From: Octopus vulgaris | Lineage: Eukaryota | Direction of reading: 5' to 3' | Assembly: GCA_951406725.2 (NCBI GenBank) | Contig: OX597831.1 | Span: forward strand, 2,790,001 to 2,854,000 | DNA: 64,000 nt | Shown: positions 13,977 through 33,341 of the stretch, in pieces | How the letters are laid out: every line of letters starts with the position of its first letter | Numbering within the stretch: the first letter of the stretch is position 1 | The notes under the pieces: generated by a model | What the model saw: the letters and a program-made list of their open reading frames with translations, nothing else | Told to the model about the DNA's origin: nothing | Database searches by the model: none | Position numbers and translations under genes: made by a program

Positions 13977-14196
13977 CCCTTTAGCATTCATATTACTCTG
14001 TCAAATGTAATGCTTATTTATTTACAGTGTTTTGAAATAATCATCTATAATCTCATAACTTCAAGATTTTGGTGATGTGACTGTATATTTTTAAAATGAC
14101 ATTGTAGAGTAGGTATAAGAGGCTAGATCTAACAAGTTTGTACTTAAAACATGTAGAATATTTGGGCCGGATAGGGACGGTTTAAATGCTAAAGGG
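13977..14196. mobile_element. piggyBac-type MITE
   Basis: TTAA|ccctttagcatt ... aatgctaaaggg|TCAA; same family as 62329-62549 and 63483-63703. Confidence 0.7.
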
Positions 14197-14227
14197 TCAA
14201 ATGATGTTCCAAATGTCAGCTTAACCT

Positions 14228-14455
14228 ATTTCTTTATTACCCACAAGGGGCTAAACACAGAGGGGACAAACAAGGACAGACATAGGTATTAAGTTGATTA
14301 CATCGACCCCAGTGCGTAACTGGTGCTTAATTTATCGACCCCGAAAGGATGAAAGGCAAAGTCGACCTCGGCGGAAATTGAACTCACAACGTAATGCAGA
14401 CGAAATACCGCTAAGCATTTCGCCCGGCGTGCTAACGTTTCTGCCAGCTCGCAGC
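14228..14455 (-). mobile_element. Meta-domain SINE, young subfamily
   Basis: Reverse complement closely matches 39697-39927(+) and 52203-52428(-); tail ccccttgtgggtaataaagaaata. Confidence 0.85.
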
Positions 14456-14459
14456 TTAA

Positions 14460-15024
14460 CCCTTTAACAGTTAATCCTTTTGATACCAACCCAACTGAAA
14501 CTGCTACTGACTCTGTAGTACAAATGTTTTGTTTTCATAAGTTTTGAATTAAAATCTTCCACCAAACTTTAGTCACGATTTGTGCTCTTAACTCTAGCTT
14601 AATGATAACTAAATTTATTTTACTAAATTCTTTGTTATATTTAAAAATGGAGGTGCATTGGCCCAGTGGTTAGGGTAGCGGACTCGCGGTCGGAGGATCA
14701 CGGTTTCGATTCCCAGACCGGGCGTTGTGTGTGTTTGTTGAGCGAAAGCACCTAAAAGCTCCACGAGGCTCCGGCAGGGGGTGGTGGTGACCCCTGTTGT
14801 ACTCTTTCGCCCCAACTTTCTCTCACTCTTTCTTCCTGTTTCTTGGGTAACACTGCGATGGACTGGCGTCCCGTCCAGCTGGGGGGAACACATACACCAC
14901 AGAAACTGGGAAACCGGGCCCATGAGCCTGGCTAGGCTTGAAAAGGGCGCATAAATAAAAAAAATATATTCAAAATGAATTGAAAGAAACAGAGCATCTC
15001 AAAATAAATACGGTAAGGAAAGGG
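14460..15024. mobile_element. piggyBac-type MITE interrupted by a SINE
   Basis: TTAA|cccttt ... aaaggg|TTAA with the SINE at 14649-14950 inside. Confidence 0.55.
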
Positions 15025-15632
15025 TTAAATTGACCATATCCAGCCAAAAATACTCTACCTGTTTTACATCCAAACTGACTAGAATCAGCCTCTTACACCT
15101 ATCCTACAATGCCATTCATTCTAAAACTTAACAATTACATAATTGAAACCTTGAAGCTACAAGACAATGCATGATAAATTCAAAACTGTGAATTTGATAG
15201 AGTAAAGTGAATGCTAAACGCTTAATAATGGACACAGATACTTTACTACATTCTTCATTCTTTTCAGTATTAACTGGGACAAAGGCAGCGTATTTCAATA
15301 GAAATATTATAATAAAAGGTTTGATTCTTTTTTTAAATGTTAATTTCAATGATTCTGACATTCTTGGAAAGTCTTTTGCAAAATAAATGGTGCCTATTTC
15401 GAGATCTTTGGTTTTTCAACTATTCGTTTACTCTTTTATTTGTTTCAGTCATTTGACTGTGGCCATGCTGGAGCACCACCTTTAGTCAAACAGATTGAGG
15501 CCTCCCCCAAAAGACTTATTCTTAGTATTCTATCGGTCTCTTTTACCAAGCCACTAAGTTACAGGGACATAAACACACCAGCATCGGTTGTCAAGCAATG
15601 GTGGGGTGACAAACGCAGACACACACACACAC

Positions 15633-16038
15633 GATGTCCACAGCAAGTTATGATTTTATCTCCTTTATCTTCCGTACCTCATAGAACATACATTCATTCG
15701 CCGCTACCGTTAAATGTTTGAACTTATACAGTAACTTGCTTTGCTTTCCTATCTTTCTCTATCTTCCGCCATTGGCGGTGCCTTCTTTTTCTTCTTCTTC
15801 TTCTTCTTCTTCTTCTTCCTCAAACCCGAAAATCGCCATTACCATCCCCAATCAAACTTCCTTCTTCTCCAACTCAAAACTTCCTGTCTGATGTCCACAG
15901 CAAGTTATGATTTTATCTCCTTTATCTTCCGTACCTCGTACAACATACATTCATTCGCCGCTACCGTTAAATGTTTGAACTTATACAGTAACTTGCTTTG
16001 CTTTCCTATCTTTCTCCATCTTCCGCCATTGGCGGTGC
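15633..16038. repeat. ~150-bp direct repeat pair
   Basis: gatgtccacagcaagttatg...ccgccattggcggtgc at about 15633-15781 and 15889-16038. Confidence 0.85.
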
Positions 16039-16878
16039 GCCCGCCCTTCCCACCCCCACCACCAATACCGGATATCTCTATATTTTTGCTCCATCTATAC
16101 CGGATGTCGCTTCTCCCACCACCATTATAGGTGTCTTCTATACGCTATTTCACCATGCATTACCCCTCTCGTGATATCCTACGTTCTACTTGTCTAGAAC
16201 CTGTCATCGCTCCTCCAAACACCCCTCCCCACTGGTGCTCCCCTATATTCCTGCACCCCCCCCCCACATAAAAAGCACCATCCGAACGTGGCCGATACAA
16301 GCACCGCCCCGACTGGCTTCTGTGCAGGTGGCACATAAAAAGCACCAACCGACCGTGGCCGATGCCAGACCCCTCTGGCACCTGTGCAGGTGGCACGTAA
16401 AAAGCACCCACTACACTCGCGGAGTGGTTGGCGTTAGGAAGGGCATCCAGCTGTAGAAACACTGCCAGACCAGACTGGAGCCTGGGGCAGCCCCTGGCTC
16501 CCCAGACCCCGGTCGAACCGTCCAACCCATGCTAGCGCGGAAAACGGACGTTAAACGATGATGATGATGATGATGATGATGATGATATATATATATATAC
16601 ACACAAGTGGCTTCTTTCAGTTTCTGTCTGCCAAATCCACTCACAAAGCTTTGGTTGACCCAAGGCTAAAGACACTTGCCAAAGGTGTCACGCAGTGGGA
16701 ATGAACCCGGAACCTTGTGGTTGGTAAGCAATGTTGCCCAGCAGGATGGCATCATTCATAAGGTGCAACAATGCAAGGAAGTGCACTGTAATCAGCAGTA
16801 TGTAACGACACCCAATAGTCTGGTCAATGACAGCGATATATATATACATATACATCAAATCAAATTCGCAAATTCGAT

Positions 16879-17716
16879 GAGTGGCACCCGTGCCAGTGGA
16901 GCACTAAGAGCACCATCCGAGCATGATCGCTGCCAGAACAGCTGACTGGCTTCCGTGCTGGTGGCATATAAAAAGCACCATTCGAGTGGCACCCGTGCCA
17001 GTGGAGCGCTAAGAGCACCATCCAAGCATGATCGCTGCCAGAACAGCTGACTGGCTTCCGTGCTGGTGGCATATAAAAAGCACCATTCGAGTGGCACCCG
17101 TGCCAGTGGAGCGCTAAGAGCACCATCCAAGCATGATCGCTGCCAGAACAGCTGACTGGCTTCCGTGCTGGTGGCATATAAAAGCACCATTCGAGTGGCA
17201 CCCGTGCCAGTGGAGCGCTAAGAGCACCATCCAAGCATGATCGCTGCCAGAACAGCTGACTGGCTTCCGTGCTGGTGGCATATAAAAAGCACCATTCGAG
17301 TGGCACCCGTGCCAGTGGAGCGCTAAGAGCACCATCCAAGCATGATCGCTGCCAGAACAGCTGACTGGCTTCCGTGCTGGTGGCATATAAAAAGCACCAT
17401 TCGAGTGGCACCCGTGCCAGTGGAGCGCTAAGAGCACCATCCAAGCATGATCGCTGCCAGAACAGCTGACTGGCTTCCGTGCTGGTGGCATATAAAAGCA
17501 CCATTCGAGTGGCACCCGTGCCAGTGGAGCGCTAAGAGCACCATCCAAGCATGATCACTGCCAGAACAGCTGACTGGCTTCCGTGCTGGTGGCATATAAA
17601 AAGCACCATTCGAGTGGCACCCATGCCAGTGGAGCGCTAAGAGCACCATCCAAGCATGATCGCCGCCAGAACAGCTGACTGGCTTCCGTGCTGGTGGCAT
17701 ATAAAAAGCACCATTC
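16879..17716 (+). repeat. Tandem array, 8 x 104-105 bp, derived from an RTE 3' UTR
   Basis: Units start at 16879, 16984, 17089, 17193, 17298, 17403, 17507 and 17612; homologous to the reverse complement of about 50735-50850. Confidence 0.9.
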
Positions 17717-18084
17717 AAACGTGATCGTTACCAGCGTCGCCTCACAGCCACTCAAGGCTTTTGGTCAGCCCAAGGCAATATATAATAGAAGACACTTGCC
17801 CAAGATTCCACGCAGCAGGAGTGAACCCAGGACCATGTGGCTGGGAAGCAAACTTCTTAACCACACAGCCATGCCTGTACCTATTTTCTCATATTTCTTT
17901 ATAGAACGGTTTATTATGTCACACTTTTTCGAGCTCTTCACTGACACAGTTCCACAATTCTGTTAAGAAGCACTGAAAGTGTGTTAGTGTTGTGTTTACT
18001 GAAGCATGACAAGACACTTTGACATAATAGATTTTGTATTATCAAGAAATAAGCAAAATATGGATATGTTATATAATAGTTTTG

Positions 18085-24230
<6,146 letters not shown>

Positions 24231-24573
24231 ACACCAACACTGATACACTCTTCAAAATTTGAGAGAAAATATAAAAGAATATATAATAATTCTGTATAGA
24301 AGTAGTGTAGAAAAGAGGACTGACAGGCGCATTGCAAAGGAATTGAAGTGTCCTGTTGGGGTTTTCTGGGGATGTTCAATTCTCTAAAAACCTCTGACTG
24401 AACTCAGAGTTACTGTCACAGCAAAGGTGATGGCTTTATGTTTGCTTACTGAGGTTGCAGTGAAGGTCACTAAATGGCTTTGGATAAAGAAGACAAACCA
24501 GTGCACATATATAGTATATTGGATAAGTATTATCCCTTAGATGGTTGGATCCACAACCCCTAACTTATTTGGT

Positions 24574-24611
<38 letters not shown>

Positions 24612-24721
24612 GATATAAACAAAAGGGTAATAATATAGATTACTACCAGTGGCTCAGCACAAAAGACAAATTAGTCATTAGACAAAATATTATTCATATA
24701 GAAAAATATTATTCATGTAGA

Positions 24722-24880
24722 AATATAATTTGGGACTCCCGACAAGAAGAGATCCAGTTTAGTTTTAAAGAAACCCACATCCACACCATGTAAGTCTTTC
24801 AGGCATTTAGGGAGGATGTTAAAGAGCTGTGGTCCTCTGAAACCCAAGTTGTTGCAGTATCTGGACCTGTATTTTGATGG
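24722..24880 (-). mobile_element. CR1/L2-like LINE C-terminal fragment
   Basis: SRYCNNLGFRGPQLFNILPKCLKDLHGVDVGFFKTKLDLFLSGVP. Confidence 0.7.
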
Positions 24881-24986
24881 TGATATATATATATATATAT
24901 ATAAAAAGTTTTGAATGGTACAGCAATGCACTATTATACAGACAATGGGTTATAAGAACTGTTGTAATTTAGTGATCCATAGTCTG

Positions 24987-25023
24987 ATATGATATTTCAG
25001 AATAATATTCCTTCTTCAGATAT
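24987..25023 (-). ncRNA. Putative minimal hammerhead ribozyme (mirror copy)
   Basis: Exact reverse complement of 25090-25126. Confidence 0.5.
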
Positions 25024-25089
25024 TCTTAGATGGAGTTGCCACTATAATCGGTTTTCTAAAACTGATTATAGCAGCAACTCCATCTAAGA

Positions 25090-25126
25090 ATATCTGAAGA
25101 AGGAATATTATTCTGAAATATCATAT
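25090..25126 (+). ncRNA. Putative minimal hammerhead ribozyme
   Basis: atat-CTGAAGA-aggaat.att.attct-GAAA-t-a-TC-atat; loopless stem III, AUC triplet. Confidence 0.5.
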
Positions 25127-25269
25127 CAGACTATGGATCACTAAATTACAACAGTTCTTATAGCCCATTGTTTGTATAATAGTGCATTGTTGTACCATTC
25201 AAAACTTTTTATTCTTTACAAAAAATACACCATGCTTCAAGCAAACTACAATACTCACATATATACATG

Positions 25270-25303
<34 letters not shown>

Positions 25304-26164
25304 TACACACACACACATATATATATATCAAAAGAATGTGTTATTATACTATTCCACATGTATAAAAACAGCCATACCAACAATCCAACATACCCCTATC
25401 ATCAGCTGCCCCACGTATATCATTATGGTTTTGACACCATAGATATTGTAATATTGTAAATATGATTATAAGTTTCCATTATATTAACTATAGAAAATTG
25501 TCTAATATTGAGGCATATAAACCCACGATGGGGGAAATTGAGTACTAGTACAAAAGTTTCGCTTGTGACCATTGTGTGTGTGTGTGTGTGTGCGTGTATG
25601 TAGAAGTAAAATACCTTGTGTTTCCCACGTTGAAATGTAGGCAGAAACGATACACAATGGCTGTTAATCAACACATATTCAATTCAATAGAATACGACTG
25701 TATTTCTCTTCAAATACATCTTTCATGTAAGAAATAAAATTGTTTTCCAATATATTTGTAGCAGTTTGGTGCCAACTACACTGTGCTACTGATAGATGTT
25801 CAATATCAGTGATATATTTCATAATTTAAGTATGTAAATGACATGTATCTAATTCAAACAGATTAAATAAGAATGCAGGATTGAGTAAATGTGAAATCAG
25901 CTTTTATCTCATTTGAAACTATTATGAGATATAATATTGTTATCTTTTTTTATTCTTGAAATCCTTAAAATAATTTGAGAAATGATTAGAAATTGAAATG
26001 TCAAGAAGTAACCCATCCGTAGAAATGGAATTAAGTAATTCTAATGAAATGTTGAAACCAGATTGCTCAGAGGAAACTTAAACATCTAAATCAGTGTTTT
26101 CCTATCTATTTTTACCCCACCCACATCCCCAATCTGACATTCCAGAAAAATGTATGCTCCACCA

Positions 26165-27751
26165 ATGGTTGGAAAAAACAACTTTATTTTTAATATTTTA
26201 TCTCAATTATTTAATACAAAAGAATCTACAGGTAACTCTTTTAAATACTGAGTCCCCCCCAAAAATGTACATTATTGACTAAGAAAAAAAAGAAGTGGAT
26301 CACTCAAATGAGAACCTTGTGCCTGGCAACTACAGCAGATATCTTTCCTCTCCAGTAAGTTCACCATCATCAATTCACCGTTTTTTACAATAAAATAGTT
26401 TTTAACTATTAATAGTGAGATACTATACTCTTTACTCTCTTTTACTCTTTTACTTGTTTCAGTCATTTGACTGTGGCCATGCTGGAGCACTGCCTTTAGT
26501 CGAGCAACTCGACCCCGGGACTTATTCTTTTTGTAAGCCCAGTACTTATTCTATCGGTCTCTTTTTGCCGAACCGCTAAGTGACGGGGACGTAAACACAC
26601 CAGCATCGGTTGTCAAGCAATGCTAGGGGAACAAACACAGACACACAAACACACACACATACATATATATATATACATATACATATATACGACAGGCTTC
26701 TTTCAGTTGCCGTCTACCAAATCCATTCACAAGGCATTGGTCGGCCCGGGGCTATAGCAGAAGACACTTGCCCAAGTTGCCACGCAGTGGGACTGAACCC
26801 GGAACCATGTGGTTGGTTAGCAAGCTACTTACCACACAGCCACTCCTGCGCCTATGGGTATATTTTGTCGGTAGACTTTCCTCGTGGTGAACTTTCTTCA
26901 CAGTGAATTGATGGCGATGAAGAAAGGCTGAAGACGCTCGACCTTTATTCCCTAGAAAAATGCTCATTCTTGCTCACAACATCATAAGCGGAAAGTGTAA
27001 CCTCTCGAAAGAGCTGTTCTTCACTCCTGCTCCAGAGCGTCGGCTGCGGGGTCACTCTGAAAAGCTCTATCTGCGACGATTTCATCTCAATCGAAGGAGA
27101 GGGGCTTTCTACGTCCGGGTTGCGGATCCGTGGAATAAGCTGCCGGACGAGATAGTGAAGATGCCGACGATCGCTCGGTTCAAAGTCTCTCTTGACCAGA
27201 AATGGCCTGAACTCTTTGCATGAACACCCTCCCTGCACATAACTCCATGTCCCCCTACATGGCCTTGCTTTTTGCTTTTTGAGCCAAAATTAACTTGACT
27301 TAACCTGTAATCAATTTCCTTGATTTGGGGAGACAATTTTGTTAGTTTCAGCTGTAAATCATCATGTTTTGTAATTTCAAGTTTGCTTCTCTTGGCTCAT
27401 AGCAAATCCTCAAGTCACATTCAACCAAACAAAACCTACGCAGAAATGGGTCAAAAGTTCCTTTGCTGAAATGGCAGTGTTAGAGTATTTCCTTTCAACT
27501 TCATCGCATAGCCACTTCTTAGCACCTTTCATTTTGAACAAAGTATTTTGTATTAAATGATGGCACATAAATGATGGCACGTGTCGGTGGCACATAAAAT
27601 CACCCACTACACTCTCGGAGTGGTTGGCGTTAGGAAGGGCATCCAGCTGTAGAAACACTGCCACATCTGACTGGCCTGGTGCAGCCTTCGGGCTTCCCAG
27701 ACCCCAGTTGAACCGTCCAACCCATGCTAGCATGGAAAGCGGACGTTAAAC

Positions 27752-27784
<33 letters not shown>

Positions 27785-27852
27785 TCCCATGCACCTCCAC
27801 AATTTTCCCAGGCTCCACCAGTCGGGCATATGCTCCACGTTGGAAATCACTG
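26165..27852 (-). mobile_element. Decayed hAT (Charlie/Buster-like) element with nested insertions
   Basis: Left end cagtgatttccaac (reverse complement at about 27839-27852); peptides LFKMKGAKKWLCDEVERKYSN (about 27470-27540) and ..CCSCQAQGSH (about 26307-26340). Confidence 0.55.
26917..27300 (+). mobile_element. CR1 LINE 3' fragment
   Basis: EERLKTLDLYSLEK..LRGHSEKLYLRRFHLNRRRGAFYVRVADPWNKLPDEIVKMPTIARFKVSLD. Confidence 0.85.
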
Positions 27853-27869
27853 ACTTGAATGATGGAACT

Positions 27870-28400
27870 AACAGGTTGAGCAAAAACTAAGCAACATTTT
27901 AAACCATGAAGATTTTTGAACTGGATTTTCTTTATAATACAGACATAGACTTGCCCAAATGCATCAATAAATTAACACTGATTTTTTTTTACTTCATCTG
28001 AAATGGAACTGTCAAAGCGTGATATTTGAGCAATTTTGCTATTCAACTTCAAAAAAGGCTGTAAAGAAGCTGAAACTGCTCACAATATCAATGAAATGTT
28101 TGGTGAGGAAATGACTAGTGAGTGGTCAGTTCGAAAATGGTTTAAACGATTTGCAGTGGAGACCTGAGCCTTGAAGATCGTGAGCATAGTGGACGCCACC
28201 CGCCTGTCATCGATGATGGTCAATTAAAGACTGTTATTGAGAAAGATCCATGTAAAACCACTCAAGAACTGGCAAAAGAACTTCAAGTTAGCCAGAAAAC
28301 TGCCTGCAATCATTTGCATGCGATTGGAAAATCAAAAGAGCTCGACAAATGGGTACCACACGATTTGAATGTAAATCAGAAAATGCACAGATATGAAATT
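27870..28400 (+). mobile_element. mariner 5' fragment (pseudo-transposase N-terminus)
   Basis: ATG at 28003: MELSKRDI*AILLFNFKKG..VRKWFKRF..SGR..KWVPHDL, with a stop and a frameshift. Confidence 0.85.
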
Positions 28401-29122
28401 TTATGAGGAGTGGGGCAAGTCAATTACTCTGACCCCCAGCACTCAGCTGCAGTCAGTGCCACATAGTATTTGTCTGGTGTGTTAATGATTCTGCCAGTTT
28501 ACCAAACTTACATACAATGATAATGAATTGACATTGGTGTCAAATTTTGGAACAAAGCCAGCAAATTTGGGGGAGAGGTTAAGTTGATTACATTGACCCA
28601 AGTGTTCAACTGGTACTCATTTTATCGACTTTGAAAGGATGAAAGGCAAAATCGACCTTGGCAGAATTTGAACTCAGAACATAAAGATGAATGGAATTCC
28701 ACTCAGCATTTTGCCCAGTGTGTTAATGGTTCTGCCTTGTTCACCACCTTTTGGTGAATCAATATCAAGAGTTGCAATGAGATCCAACTTTATATGATAT
28801 TACATCTGTCACCCATCGTAGCCCTAGCAGTTCTAAATATTGTCATGTCAACCCCACTGTTAAAATAAAGAGCACAAAAATCTATTTGAGACTTTAAATG
28901 CAAAAAGATCTATTCTTATTGTTTAACCAACCACATGGTTCTGGGTATAGGCGCAGGAGTGGCAGTGTGGTAAGTAGCTTGCTAACCAACCACATGGTTC
29001 TGGGTTCAGTCCCACTGTGTGGCATTTTGGGCAAGTGTCTTCTGCTATAGCCTCGGGCCGACCGATGCCTTGTGAGTGGATTTGGTAGACGGAAACTGAA
29101 AGAAGCCTGTCGTATATATGTA

Positions 29123-29185
<63 letters not shown>

Positions 29186-30299
29186 ATATGTTTGTGTGTC
29201 TGTGTTTGTCCCTCTAGCATGGCTTGACAACTGATGCTGGTGTGTTTACGTCCCTGTCACTTAGCGGTTCGGCAAAAGAGACTGATAGAATAAGTCCTGG
29301 GGTCGATTTGCTCAACTAAAGGCGGTGCTCCAGCATGGCCGCAGTCAAATGACTGAAACAAGTAAAAGAGTAAAAGAGTAAAATAAATGTTTTTGTTACT
29401 ATAAATAACAAAGGAATGATGTTTACACCAAAATAATTTGAAGTATGTGTGAGGTGTTGTTGGATCATTTGATGTCTTTGGTTAGTTTTACCAATAAGAG
29501 TAATCAAACAGAAGTTTATGGAGGTTTGCAACATAAAACAAGCCATTAGTAAAGTAGTGTTGCCCATGATGCCTTCAACCAATTGTCGGTGTTTGCTGTA
29601 AGGGTCTATTGATTGGCAAGGCAAAGCTTAGATGTTTTGGTAATGGAAACTCCTCAACAGAAAGGGTACAATTGGTGGCATCATCATCATCATCATCATC
29701 GTTTAACGTCCGTTCTCCATGCTAGCATGGGTTGGACGGTTCGACCGGGGATCTGGGAAGCCAGAAGGCTGCACCAGGCTCCGGTCTTATCTGGCAATGT
29801 TTCTACAGCTGGATGCCCTTCCTAACGCCAACCACTCCGTGAGTGTAGTGGGTGCTTTTTACGTGCCACCTGCACAGGTGCCAGGCGAGGCTGGCATCGG
29901 CCACGGTCGGATTGGTGCATTTTACGTGCCACCTGCACAGAAGCCAGTCGAGGTGGCACTGGCTTCGGCCACGATTCGGATGGTGCTTTTTACGTGCCAC
30001 CGACACGGAAATTCTGGCATGCTTGAAATTCTGGGATTGGTTGCTTCTCATCATTTGGCGTCGGCAGAGAAAATAGTGGTCTTGCCTTGATGATCGGTGA
30101 CACAGATTTCTTTACTATTTATCTTCAGCTGTTACATATCCATGATTAATTCAAAATTACACAGCAGTATTGTGTATGTCAGTATGTATGTGTGTGCATG
30201 CATGTATATATATGCATGTGGTGTGTGTGTGTGTATGTCTTTGTGTATGTGTTTGTGTGGGTGTGTGTGTATATGTGTATGCGTGTGTGTACAATTGTA

Positions 30300-31333
30300 T
30301 GAGGTTGTTCGGAAAATATTGTCCGATTTTTTGAAAACATTTTTTTCATATTCACTTTAAGATATTATTTTTGTAGTGTTTTAAGCGAAATTTTACATGC
30401 TTAATAATTGATGTGTACACCTTAATAGATTTTTATTGATTTCTTTCAGAATATAATTTTGAAGTATAGAAATCCTTAATTTCAAACATGAAAAAATAAG
30501 AAATGCATTTACTTTTTTTGCATGATTTCAAGCTTCAACATAATGCTTCCCAAAAAGCTGTCAATATGAACAGAGCATGGGGTGAAGGGTCCACTAGTGA
30601 TCAGACAGTATGACGGTGATTTGAGAGATTCTGTAGTGGGGATGAGAGCCTTGAAGATCAAGAAGGTAGAGGACATCCATTCACTCTTGAACATCAGCAT
30701 TTGGAAGTTTACTGTAAGCATCTGGAAGAAATGCATGTTCACTTGAGCAAAATGAGATCTGAACTTGTTAATCGAAGTAGTCCAATTCTGCTCCATGACA
30801 ATACTCAACCGCACATTTCCAGGATGACGCTGCCGAAGCTCACAGACTTGGTATGCACCCATTTTTATCTTCCATAATTTCTTGATCTTTCACCCACTGA
30901 CTACCACTTTTCCAAGCATCTGAACTTGTTAATCGAAGTAGTCCAATTCTGCTCCATGACAATACTCAACCACACATTTCCAGGATGTCGCTGCCAAAGC
31001 TCATAGACTTGGTATACAAGGCCTTACCACATCTTCCATATTCTCCTGATCTTTCACCCACTGACTACCACTTTTCCAAGCATCTAGACCCATTTTTAAG
31101 GCAAAAAAACCCCCTTCCATTCCAAAACTGAGGTCAAAATCGAATTCAAGGGTTTCTTGACATCAAAACCTTTGGATCTTTATCAAAGAGGCATAAATTA
31201 CCTTGTTAATCAATGGGAGTAATGCATAGCTATTCAGGGATCATATTTTGAATAACTAAACCTTTGTATAAGTTCGGTGTTTCAAGAATATAGGCTTATT
31301 TCTAAAATCGGTCTTTCTTTTCTGAACAACCTA
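30300..31333 (+). mobile_element. Degenerate mariner element with internal duplication
   Basis: Imperfect TIRs (aggttgttcggaaaa / ttttctgaacaacct); LHDN and YSPDLSPTDYHF motifs; about 160 bp duplicated at about 30758 and 30919. Confidence 0.8.
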
Positions 31334-31584
31334 ATAGATTGCCTAAATTCAAAACGAAGATGGATTACCAATATTTTTAACGGAACACTTGATAATGGTA
31401 ACGTTTTGGCAGGAAACCAGTCAGTGACAGTAAGGGCATTCTGCTGTAGAACAATGAAACAATGCCTCAATACATATTTGTCCAAACCATGTAGCATGGA
31501 AAAATGGATGTAGATCAAATATGTACATGTGTGTGTGTGTGCCTGTTTGTATGTGTGTGTGTGTGTGTGTGTGTATATCTTTTA

Positions 31585-31908
31585 AAGACTCCGCCGGTTA
31601 CGACGACGAGGGTCCCAGCTGATACGATCAACGGAACAGCTTGCTCGTGAAATTAACGTGCAAATGGCTGAGCATTCCACAGACACGTGTACCCTTAACG
31701 TAGTTCTCGGGGATAATCAGCGTGACACAGAGAGTGACAAGGCTGACCCTTTGAAATACAAGTACAACTCATTTTTGCCAGCTGAGTGGACTGGAGCAAC
31801 GTGAAATAAAGTGTCTTGCTCAAGGACACAACGCGTCGCCGGGAATCGAACTCACAACCTTACGATCATGAGCCGAATGCCCTAACCACTAAGCCATGCG
31901 CCCTCACT
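31585..31908 (-). mobile_element. tRNA-derived CORE-like SINE (third family)
   Basis: Reverse complement tggcttagtggttagg..gagttcgattccc..gtccttgagcaagacacttt; diverged relative at 60318-60605(+). Confidence 0.75.
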
Positions 31909-32028
31909 GTATATATATATAGTGTGTGTATGTATATATATATATATATATACATACACACACACACACACACACTCACACATGTCTTTTATTGTTATAT
32001 ATATATATATATATATATATGAGTAATA

Positions 32029-33194
32029 TCTATTATATAAAAGTCAATGTCTGTGTGTTTGTGTGTTCGTGTGTTACTTATAGACTCGAAAGCTACTGGA
32101 CTGATCCTAATGAAATTTGGAACACAAAATCCAAGCCTTGGGAGAAGGGTAATGCTGTATGTTTCATACAATTTTGAGGGGGACATAAAACAGGCGGGGA
32201 GATCCCCTGTGAAAATTCATATGCTTCAGATTTTGATGAAATTTGAACCATAGATACTGGAAATAAATTAAAAAATATAACCCAAATTTCCATTTCTTTG
32301 GATAATTCTAAGACCCCCTAACAGGGGCTTAACCGCCAAATTTTTGTTATTTTTCATGGACCAAAATTACGAAATGGATCCTTATGATATTTGGAACTTA
32401 GATTCAATGCATAAGGGCGGATATAATGCAGTATGCTTAGATTGAATTTGAGGGGGCTTAAAGGGGGTAGAACCCTCCATGAAAATTCATAAATTTCCTA
32501 TGCTGATGAAATTTCAACCATAGGTAATTGACACAAATCAAAAAGTATTCCCAAAGTTTCTACTTTTCATGAGGATTCTAAGACCCCCTAATGGGGACCT
32601 TAACTCCCAAATTTTAGTAATTTTTTATGATCCAAAACAAGGGCAAAAGTACTGAATGAATCTTTATGAAATTTGGATATTATATTCTATGTATAAGGGT
32701 GGATATAATGCAGTATATGTTTGAAAGTGGTGGTGGAGCATAGATGAGGCCATAACCCCCATAAAAATTCATATATTTCCGATTTCAAAGAAACTTGAAT
32801 AACAGATATAAGACACAAATTAAAACATATTTCCACCAATTCAACTTTTCTGGTTGACTTTAAGACCCCAACTAATAGGGGCCTTAACTCCCTCATTTTA
32901 GAGCTCTATGTGCTCCATGTGCTCCATTTTTCAGGAGCAAAAACCTTTGAATGGGTTTGATAAGATTTAGATTTTGGAATCTGGGCGTAAAGATGAATAG
33001 TATCTGGTAAATATTTCCTGATTAGAATTTTTGTTAGTGTGTGTAAAGAGGGAAAGAACTTCCATTAAAACTCTTAATCTTCAATTTTGATGAAATTCGA
33101 ATCATAGTTATTCCAGTTCATTAGAGAAAATATATAAGTAAAGTCTAATTCTTCAATTCCATGTGATGCGGGCAACGCTGAGTATCTCTGCTAG
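32029..33194 (+). mobile_element. Non-autonomous Helitron with ~3.5 internal ~280-bp repeats
   Basis: A|TCTATTATATAAAA start; 3' gcgggcaacgctgagtatctctgCTAG|T; repeated atgaaatttgg..ctaagacccccta units. Confidence 0.75.
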
Positions 33195-33214
33195 TATATA
33201 TCTATATATATGCA

Positions 33215-33341
33215 TGAAGAGCGTAGGCTTGAAACGTAAAAGACTTGTTTTATTTATATTCCTGAGTGCCATACTAATACAATTGTTTGTTTGTACTCCA
33301 CCTGCCTTCGTCTTTTATTTATTTTCATAAAGCTTCCCATT
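33215..33341 (+). mobile_element. Truncated copy of the hammerhead-like element at 46826-47010
   Basis: tgaagagcgtaggcttgaaacgtaaaagac...ccacctgcctt..(TA)n. Confidence 0.65.

Larger units (their letters stand above)
24901..25212. repeat. ~310-bp near-perfect palindrome with two antiparallel hammerhead motifs
   Basis: Arms of about 155 bp centred at about 25056 (ttttctaaaa); 6 transition mismatches counted by eye. Confidence 0.9.

Noticed and set aside
16879-17716. CRISPR-like regular array
   Set aside because: Units are identical end to end with no unique spacers and derive from an RTE UTR; the context is eukaryotic.
31835-31905. tRNA genes at SINE heads
   Set aside because: A/B boxes are present, but the sequences continue into SINE bodies and lack complete acceptor stems.
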